Source: Antedon mediterranea (Eukaryota; Animalia; Echinodermata). Taken from it: DNA of 64,000 bases. Positions 48,963 through 59,183 of the stretch are shown here, piece after piece; within the stretch, counting starts at the first letter, position 1, and every line of letters begins with the position of its first letter. Location: the NCBI RefSeq assembly GCF_964355755.1, contig NC_092675.1:28864912-28928911 (forward strand), written 5' to 3'. Made by a program: the position numbers and the translations under genes. Under the pieces are notes generated by a model. The model had not been told where the DNA came from. It worked only from the letters and a program-made list of their open reading frames with translations, and did not search any database.

Positions 48963-50549
48963 ATGTTGTCACCAAAGTCAGTTTTAGTGAACTCGTTGAT
49001 ACTATTTACAACTTGCTGTTATTGCCAAGATTCCTATAGCTATGTACAACCACTGCCTGAACCAAGTGTTGACATTTTCATTCCGGTAGGAACATCCTTT
49101 GTTGGTAATAATTTAACTATTTCTTGTGAATATAAATACATTGACAACTTCCATAAGAAACACATTGTACTTTTACACAATAGTAACATTATTGAGATAC
49201 ACTTTTTTGACTATCGAATAAACAAAGACCTTTTTAAAAGAATATATGAATTGAAAAATCTTTTAAACAATAACTCTGGATCATACAAATGTGCATATAA
49301 TACTAGCAACAAGTCTATTATTCCATCTGAAGAAAAAGTTATTAAAGTTTGGTCGAAACCAGAGAATCCCAAATGCAAAGTTTCTCCACAATTCTATTTT
49401 GAAGGACAAGAAGTGACATTAACATGTGAAACCAGTGGTACATATCCAGAATTTACCTTAAAATGGGGACTTGATCAACCCACTTCAAAAAATCAAGTTA
49501 CAAAAATCGTAACTGCGATGAAAAATATTAATGGTTCTGAACATCAATGTATCTTGAATGTACAGAATTCAGTTAAACATTGTCAAATCATTATTAAAAT
49601 ACATAATGTACACATTTTTGGTAATAATGTTTCATTTGGTCAACCAGCAATTTTGCAATGCATTGTGTCTGGTATGAATAATACCATTCTAGAACTCAAC
49701 TATACATGGACATCAGAATCTGAAAGTTTAAAGAGAATAATGGAAATGGAAAAAAGAAATACAAGTTGTAAGAATATCAACGGTAACAACAAAGACTGCC
49801 AAACATTTGGAGAAGACAAGATCCTAAACTTTGAGAAAGTGACAGCTGATATGAACAATGCTGTTATCACTTGTGAGGTACAAGGGTACAATGTTATTGG
49901 AAGAAACTCTAGTATACTTACTGTAAATGGACTACCTACTGTAGAACCTACAAGATATAGAGCTACGACAGAAAAAGATACACAAGAAAATACAAAAAGT
50001 AAGGAGAACAGTGACAATGAGACTTACAATGAAAGCAACAACAATGTTACTTATATATATGTCATTGTTGCTTTTTTTTGATCTCTGATGTTATTGATAT
50101 TTCAAATCTATATTCTAGTTATTTGCTTCCATTGTTTTAAGGCATCAAATCAAATTGTTCCTCAGGTTGGCACAACTCCAGCTACTATCAGCTATGTCAA
50201 TGACTCTTACAGAGCCTTGCCATTGTCCACCAGTGCACCATCTACATCAGACAATGCACAATCTCATGGTGATATTATTTTAAATAATCTGAAGAAAGAA
50301 AAGAATGCTGAATTCCATATTTATCAGGATATCAACACAACGTCTGATGACATTAAAGATGATTACCTAATTCCTTTGACAATAGTTAAACAATTTGATA
50401 ACGGCCCTAAATGTCAAGAAAATATAAGAGATATTGAACATGAGGAAGAAACTTGTCAAGGAATGGTAAAGTCAACAAGCAATCTTGAAGTTGACAACAC
50501 AGATGAAATTGTTGATTTACATACTTATTATAACATCAGCAACTTTTGA
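48963..50549 (+). pseudogene. R7: three-Ig receptor, type III; in-frame TGA in the TM gives a 372-aa truncated product
   Basis: GCT TTT TTT TGA TCT CTG ATG versus R6 GCT ATT TTT GGA TCT CTG ATG. The downstream ORF 50088-50549 is in the same frame and open. Confidence 0.85.
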
Positions 50550-50604
50550 TAAATATTCACAGATGATAAATTACTCCTATCTATAGAACCATAGTCTGAC
50601 TATA

Positions 50605-53600
50605 TACTCTAGTAGCTAGATCAACTTTCGTATGCACTTTGAGGTCCAGAGAATTTGACTTCAGAAATTGGTTTAGGGTGGTCAAACAATCATTTTTGGC
50701 TTGGTTACACATTTTGAAAATGTGGCGAAAGGTCAAAAGGTCAGGGTGAAAGGTCATAAGACCAAACACCAATATGTCCTTAAATCTGAACAACCACTGG
50801 TCACAGCGAAGTAATTTTGGTCTCAAATTGATCAGAAGGTATACATTTATATTCAGTCTAATGGGACATTTTAGTTTAAAATGACCGGAAATGCCATTTC
50901 TGACCTTTGACCCACAACCCAGGGCATGTATTTATCTCCGTAACTACTGGTCGTAGACACTTTGAATTTGGTTTTAAATTGTTCGAAATATATATTTTGT
51001 TATTTGAAAAACATTTTGAAAAATGTTACAAAAGGTCAAAGGGTCAGGGTCAAGGGTTATATAAACAAATAAATAAAGGTACTTGTATCTCGGCAACCAC
51101 TGGTCGCAGCAAGTCAATTTTGGTCTCAAAATGTTCAGAAGGCATGCATTTATATTCCGTCTAATGGGGCATTTTAGTAAAAAATTATCAGAAATGCCAT
51201 TTCTGACCTTTGACCCACATACCAGGGCATCTTCATATCTCTGTAAGTACTGGTCATAGAAACTTAAATTTGGTATCAAATTGTTCGAAATATACATATT
51301 TACATTCATTGTAATAGAAAATGTGGTTAAAAGATGAACAGAAAATACTATTACTAATGTTTCAAACAAAAAACATATCTCTACACAACTTATCCTTAGA
51401 CAGTAATGTTATGCAATATGATACTTTAAATTGTTTCAATTTCAAGTAGGCCTACTAGTTATTGCTGTCCACGAGAACATTTTGATATAAACGTCAAGCT
51501 CAACAGTTCTTTTCAGAATGCTAGAAGTAACTTGCCATGTGTATCCGATTAAACGCCCCGGGCATTTATTGTTCAAAAGGGTTTTTAGGGGGAGGGGAGG
51601 CATCTTTATTTGGGGTATAATATGGTAACATGTATAATCAAATAAATACCACCTAGATGTAAAAAAATACAGCACAATTACTATAAAAAAATGATAACAT
51701 TATGTCAAAATGCTTGGTAAATTGTAGATTATGGTAATTAATGAAATGTGTTGTGATACAATTATTTTGTAAATGCATGTGGCGGAGCGTTTATTCCACA
51801 TGATGTTCTATTGGAGGGAATGGAGGCTTTTATTCAAAGCGGGTGTTAATTCGAATAAATACTCGAGCTCAACAGTTAAGAATGCTAGAAGTAACTTACT
51901 ATAGTTACCCGAATAAAAGGTCCGGGCATTTAGTTATTCAGGGAAGGCGTTTATTTTGTTTGGGTGTATTAATGGTAACATGTATAATCAAATAAATACA
52001 CCCCAGATAAAAAAAAAAAAAATTAATATAATAAGAATAATAACGGGATTAAACCTCATTCTATCCTGTTGCAAGTACAATCATGTAATAAAAGGTATAG
52101 GAGACCACAATAATAGACCAAGTCATTGTCATTATTACGTAACACTGTTGCATAATAGTTTTGAATGTTACCGACAAAACTTATACATAATATGTATAAG
52201 TTTTGTCGGTGTATATATTATACACGTCTGTTCCCAGTGTAGATAATAAAACAATATATGTTTCTGGAGATTTATTATCAATACCACTAGAAACTTTGAC
52301 ATGTTTTAGGTACTGAATTCATTGACAATAAAAGCATCAGAAGTTATCATGATAAAATCACACTACAACACTGTACTACAGTACACAAGGGTGTTTTCAG
52401 GAAAGCTGGACATATTGTACAATAGTAATGAAGCTATGTATTGGCATTTAAAAATATGCAAAAGATTGTTGTCAAATTGTAGTCACAAACAAACAGATGA
52501 TAGAATGAAGATCCGTTATGAGTGCAATTGTGTCAGGATAATGATATGTCATTGTTTTATATCATTATACTGGAAGAGAAGATCCATTTAATGTTATCTA
52601 TGACAGTGTCACTTTTATTCTAAAAGACAGAAACATTTCGTTAAAAAGCATAAAGAAGAAGAAAACGAATCATGTAAAGTACCTTTTATCAGTTGAGAAA
52701 CGAATTATAATTATTAAAATTAGAGTATTTATTCGAATTAACACCCGCTTTGAATAAAAGCCTCTCTCAAATAAAGGCCACCATTCCCTCTAATAGAACA
52801 CCATTTGGAATACGCCCGCCACATGCATTTACACAATAATTGTATCACAACACATTACATTAACTACCATAATCTACAATTTACCAAGCATTTTTTTCAC
52901 TTTTTGATATTAATTGTGCTGTATTTTTTTTTACATCTAGGTGGTATTTATTTGATTATACATATTACCATATTATACCACAAATAAAGATGCCTCTCCT
53001 GCCCCTAAAAACCCCTTTGAACAATGCCCGGGGAGTTTAATCGGATACACATGGCAAGTTACTTCTAGCATTCTGAAAAGAACTGTTGAGCTTGACGTTT
53101 CTATCAAAATGTTCTTGGGGACAGCAATAACTAGCACTTGAAATTGAAACTTGAAATTGAAATCAGTTATTGCATAACATTACTGTCTAAGGATAAGTTA
53201 TGTAGAGATATGTTTTTTGTTTGAAACATTAGTAATAGTATTTCTGTTCATCTTTTAACCACATTTTCTATTACAATGAATGTAAATATGTATATTTCGA
53301 ACAATTTGATACCAAATTTAAGTTTCTACGACCAGTACTTACAGAGATATGAAGATGCCATGATATGTGGGTCAAAGGTCAGAAATGGCATTTGTGATCA
53401 TTTTTGACTAAAATGTCCCATTAGATTGAATATGAAAGCATACCTTCTGAACATTTTGAGACTAAAATTGACTTGCTGCGACGAGTGGTTGCCGAGATAC
53501 AAGTATCTATTTTTATTTGTTCATATAACCTTTGACCTTGACCCTTTGACCTTTTGTAACATTTTTAAAAATGTGCTACAAATAATAAATATTTATTTTA

Positions 53601-53978
53601 AACAATTTAAGACCAAATTTAAGTGTCTACGATCAGTAGTTACGGAGATACATACATGCCCTGAGGTGTGGGTCAAAGGTCAGAAATGGCATTTCCGGTC
53701 ATTTTTGACTAAAATGTCCCATTAGACTGAATATAAATGTATACCTTCTGATCAATTTGAGACCAAAATTACTTCGCTGTGACCAGTGGTTGTTCAGATT
53801 TTAGGACATATTGGTGTTTGGTCTTATGACCTTTCACCCTGACCTTTTGACCTTTCGCCACATTTTCAAAATATGTAACCAAGCCAAAAATGATTGTTTG
53901 ACCACCCTAAACCAATTTCTGAAGTCAAATTCTCTGGACCTCAAAGTGCATACGAAAGTTGATCTAGCTACTAGAGTA
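50605..53978. mobile_element. Foldback-type non-autonomous DNA transposon, 3.37 kb, ~1.26-kb inverted arms, 3-bp TSD (ATA)
   Basis: Ends TACTCTAGTAGCTAGATCAACTTTCG / CGAAAGTTGATCTAGCTACTAGAGTA; arms 50605-51864 and 52723-53978; ATA at 50602-50604 and 53979-53981. Empty sites at ~42551 and ~60890. Confidence 0.92.
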
Positions 53979-55995
53979 ATAATAGAACCTAAATATATAC
54001 TGTATTGAACTTGAAGAACACTCTTGTAAAGTAAAGATTCGGGGATAAGCCCACCTATTCTCAAAGGATAAGGAGGACACCCATTCCCATAGATTCCTCT
54101 TCCAGGACGGTGGTCAATGCAGCCGGTGGTCAATGCAGCCGGCACTCAGATCATTTTAGGCACATTAATAAAGATCCTGAGATGACAGCCCTTTTCTTGA
54201 GTAATTTATAAAATGTAAATATTTTGGATAGATTAAATATACTATTAGCACATTAATAATTAATAAAATGTTTACTTTTTTCTGATGATAGTGTAATAAT
54301 AAGGAACTGCTTATTTGTGAAAAAGATTGTATAAACATTTCATGCAAATTAACAATAAAAACTAAACTGTAGCAGTCACTGGTATCTTTAAATTGTTTTG
54401 TTTCCTTCTTTTGCATGTTGATGTTCCTAAAACAAATAAAACTGAAAGTGAAATAAAGTGTAGACATCTGACGACAGTTTTAGACTACCATTTGTTTAAA
54501 CTATTGCTCACATCATATTACTTATACATTTTTCAATTATTTGTTCAGCAAAACCATTAAATTATTTTTATTGAAAATGTTGGAATTTTAGTGGTATATT
54601 CAAATAAAAATAAAGAAACAAAACTATGTAACACATTAGACAAAAGTATTGATTTACACAGTTATTATAACAACTTAACTCCAGTAAATTTGGTAGAGCA
54701 AGTTGAGGTGCAAATTCTAAACCCTGTTGCTCTTTCTCATTCTCATTAGCAAAACTACATTTATCTTGAGAATATTGATACATGTATAAAACATAAACAT
54801 TTTGAATGTTACAAGCACATTAAAATGTGCTTGTAAAAAATCCCGAAATATTATTGTACTAATTTAATTGTACAATAATACTGAGATTTTATACATATGT
54901 CAGGCAGTGGAGTCCGGTGGTTATCAAGAGGACACGGACATGTACTACTCATTCCCCTCAAATGAGTGCATTGGGTGCATTGCGTTATCCCAGTTAGCTT
55001 CACTATGTATGAGCTGAAAGGGTGTATCAAGTCATGCCATACAGTAATTTAAATAGTAACTTAAATTCCTAATTGGTTCCCACCCCATCCACCCCCATTT
55101 TAGTGGATTTTAATTTCGTATGTCTCATGGTCTTTTTATATTTGCTATTGTGATTTAAACTTTTTAGATTTGTAAACAATTTCATGTAATTCATAGCATG
55201 TTCTTATAGCTATTGCTTTGAATTGTTAATGTTTTTCAATATACTGCAAAAACTAAATACACACATAAGTAGCTTTTTTTATTTTAGAGTTAGAAAATGA
55301 TTATACTAAAAGAACTATATAGTTATACTTTAGAATTAAATGGTACAAATAATTGTTTTCTATGAGTTTAATGTAGAAAATATTGTTATTTTTTTGTGTA
55401 ATAAAAATAAAAAGCATAAAAATGCTCTCTCTATTAAATATAATACAAAAAACATTTAATAATTTCCTACCACATCTCTTGCATAATAATAGATCAGTAT
55501 TTCGTTGTTCATTTCGGTTTCGATCATAAACACAAAACCTGACACTGCCATCATGAGTTGATGTTATATGATTTTGGCTGAGCAATTATAGATGGCGCAC
55601 TATAGGTTTGCTTTTTCAATGGCATACTATTTTTCCATTGGAACTGTTGCGAGATAAAGCAACTCAAAATGTTTACAAGCTGATTTATAAATGGAAGTAT
55701 TTGAACATCACTTAAAAATTACCAATGCCATGTGATATGAAATCAACCAATAAGATGGCAAAGATATACTTAAGTTTGTTATAAATGTAACTACTCTACC
55801 ATGATCTAAGCAGTGACAATTGAAGAACAAAAGAAGAATTGTGTCCAACTTTTCTTGGGAAAATTAGAAAAACACTGACAGTATATAAAGTTTGTATGCT
55901 ATTTAAATGAATCAATCTTCTATGAAAGTTTTTACTGTAAATACTCAAGTGGACAAGCTGTTGTAATTTGTTGTTTATAGATTAAACTGAATACA

Positions 55996-58061
55996 ATGAA
56001 CAGGAATTTTGAACTAAATACAATGTTGTTTCAATGCTTTTCAACTATACAACTTAGAATATTATTGATGGTTACTTGTTGCTTGCATGTTGTTTCACCT
56101 GAGCTAACACACCCACCATTTGTATTTGTGGGGAAAAAACCAATAATCATAAGTACTGAAGACAAAACTGTTTTTGCTGGCCAAGAACTTTCTTTCATTT
56201 GTAGATTTGAATGGTTTCAAACACGTATCCACCAAATAGAAATAAAGCTTTCACTAAATGGTTCTTTTCTACCTAAAGATTCAGTTAAGATTGTTAAAGT
56301 TTTCTCAAATGGGGATTACAGTATACAGGATTTTACAGTAACAATTTTAAATCTCACAGAGCTTCACACAGGATCATATAATGTGTCTATGATAATGGTA
56401 TGTATGTAATATCTGAGCAAGAGAAATCAATTACAGTTTGGCCAATTCCAGTGAATCCTAAATGTACATCTTTGCAGCCATTTTATTTTGAAGGACAAGA
56501 AGTTAGCACCAAATGTGAAGCTATTGCTACATATCCAGACATTACACTAAAATGGAACTCAGATAATTACACTTCTCAAAATCCTCACATCATAACATTT
56601 ATTGCAAAGAAAGAATTGAATGGGTTTGAATATCGATGTTTAATTAACATACCATCATGGAGCTCAAAAAGCTTTGATTGTAAAATTATAATTGTTGTCT
56701 CAAATATTGAGATTGTTGCTAATAATTTTACATTAGGACAACCAGCAGCATTGCAATGCATTGTGGGTAACACAACTCAAGTACTCAACTATACTTGGAC
56801 ATCAGAAAAAAGTAGTTTAAAAAGAGGAATTCAACAAAATTCAAATTGTAAAAGTATCAATGGTGGTAGCAGCAAAAATACCAACTGTTCAACATTAGGC
56901 AATGAGAAGATTCTGAACATTGAGAATGTGACAGCTGATATGAACAATACTGTTATCACTTGTGAGGTACAAGGGTACAATGTTATTGGAAGAAACTCTA
57001 GTATACTTACTGTTAAAGAAAATACTGTAGAACATACAACAGAAACAATAACTATAACAGATAAAACTATGACTACTAGAGAAAAACATAATGGAAATGA
57101 CAGTGACACTGACAGTAAGTTAATTTATTTTGTTGTTGGAATATTTGGATCTGTTACATTATTGATATTCCTAATCTATATTGTGAGAATTTGCTTCCAA
57201 TTTGTCACAAAATCTTCAAACCAAAGCAGCGGGGTTGGTACAATACAAGCTATTGTAAGCTATGATAACGATTCTTACAGAACAGTGCCATTGGTGGTTC
57301 GTGCACCACCACCCAAGTTTGCCACTAAACTCCACCATACATCACAGCAATTATTAACAGACAACCAGATGAGTTCTGCTTCGAGTGTGATCTCTTTACC
57401 AGATGAAAGACAACGTCAAGGCATGAAACAAACATGGATATCGACACGTCACCTAACACCAGTACATTCAACCACTACATTTGGATCTAGTGATGACGAA
57501 TATACACACAGCATTGGTGAAATGTTTGATGACCCTATGTATGATGAGATAAATTCTAAAACATTGAAAAATCAGAGGGAAGATTTGAGAACAGAAGCAG
57601 ACCAAGTTGAACCTACTTGGAGTGGTGCAATACACAGAGATGGCAACGGAGCTGATGGTGATAAACACAAAACAAACACTGAAGATCCATATCAAGAAAT
57701 TGGAAATGAGTTTACAGCAAGAAACAAAAGACGAACATCAGAAGAAAATGCTTTGAATCCGTATGAGAAAATATCAGAATTGGAAGCTGGTTTTAATTCC
57801 GAAGAGGTGAATGAAAGTATCTATTCACAACCAGATAAGAAGAAATCCTCTCAAGAGACATGCCCTGATAATAAACAAGAGTTTGGAAAAACACAAACAA
57901 AATCAAACGGCAGTGAAACAGAACATATCTACTCTCAAGTTAACAAAAAGTTGAAAAACAAAGTTTTAAAGGATCAGTATCTGGAGATATATGCAGAGAC
58001 TGTGGACGTTGTCAGGAGTGATGGAAGTGAGTCTGAAGATGAAACAGAAACTACATGTTAA
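55996..58061 (+). pseudogene. R8: three-Ig receptor, type IV, with a unique long tail; 1-nt deletion in D1 at ~56380
   Basis: GGATCATATAATGTGTC versus GGATCATACAAATGTGTC in R6. The remaining 553 codons are open; the tail diverges from the paralogs after SYRTVPL. Confidence 0.85.
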
Positions 58062-59183
58062 TGGAAGACCGGTACCTATAAAGGTGAAAACTATACAAGG
58101 TATTTTGCAATAAATTAATATTATTTCTTATGCGATTTATTACTCATGTGTAAAATCAAAAGCTTTGAGATTGATAGAGAGTTGCTATCATTCCTAATAA
58201 AATAGCTAGCACTTTAAATGGTCATCACATTATATTTCTATGTACTTTTACTTATAGTATATAGTAAATTGAATATTGCTTAACAAACAATTTTAATGGC
58301 ACATAGTAATTTACTATTTAACCAAGTAAAAATCAGAAGAAATTCTAGTTGTCTTTGTAAAAGTTTTCACAGCTTATAATTTATATTGGTGAAATTGAAA
58401 ACAAATAATGTGTTTATTATCATATTTACATTACAAATAAAATTATAATTATTCCAGGTGAACTTTCAATTATGCAAATAAACAAGAAACAATAGTAGTG
58501 CGATGATAATTTTTAGATTAACATTTAGATAATGTAGGAAAACAGTTTTTTGTGGACATAACAAATATTAATTCTTAATACCATGAACAGCAAATGGCAT
58601 AAATAATAGCACATAAAAAGTATTTACTTATTATTATTTTTTAGATTTTATTCCTTTCACATAAAATAAAAAATACAGCAATACAAATCTAGGGATAGGA
58701 ACATGCAAAGTGGTTTTATTATTAAATGCATTGCAATAATATTTTCTTTAAGTCATTGAAAGAAAATAAAGAATTTAAATAAACCATGATTGTAAACCAC
58801 ACTAAACTATAATAATTCATTAATAACAGACTATACAGAAACCAACTTGCACCTAAAAACGCACATAAAACAAAACTAAATCACTGTATATACAGTTTGT
58901 ATCAAGGGGAATTGCTCCGAAATAATGATTGGCTAGAAATTTGCCAATCAAAATGAGGCTTACATAGTAATTGAACTGCACACATGTACAATATATATAT
59001 GTACGAGATATATTCACTACAGTAATCAACCAAAAAATAGAGCATACATCACACATCATCTTGGAGTACTCACAAATTGAAAGACTCTACCGTTTACATG
59101 TTAATTTTTATATTTGAAGACTGTATGAAAAATACTGTTTTGGATTGTGAACAGATTCAGAATTGAGGAACAACACCTGTACA

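Noticed and set aside
50581-54145. ORFs in the foldback element as a transposase
   Set aside because: Short, mirrored in the two arms, and no recognisable catalytic domain.
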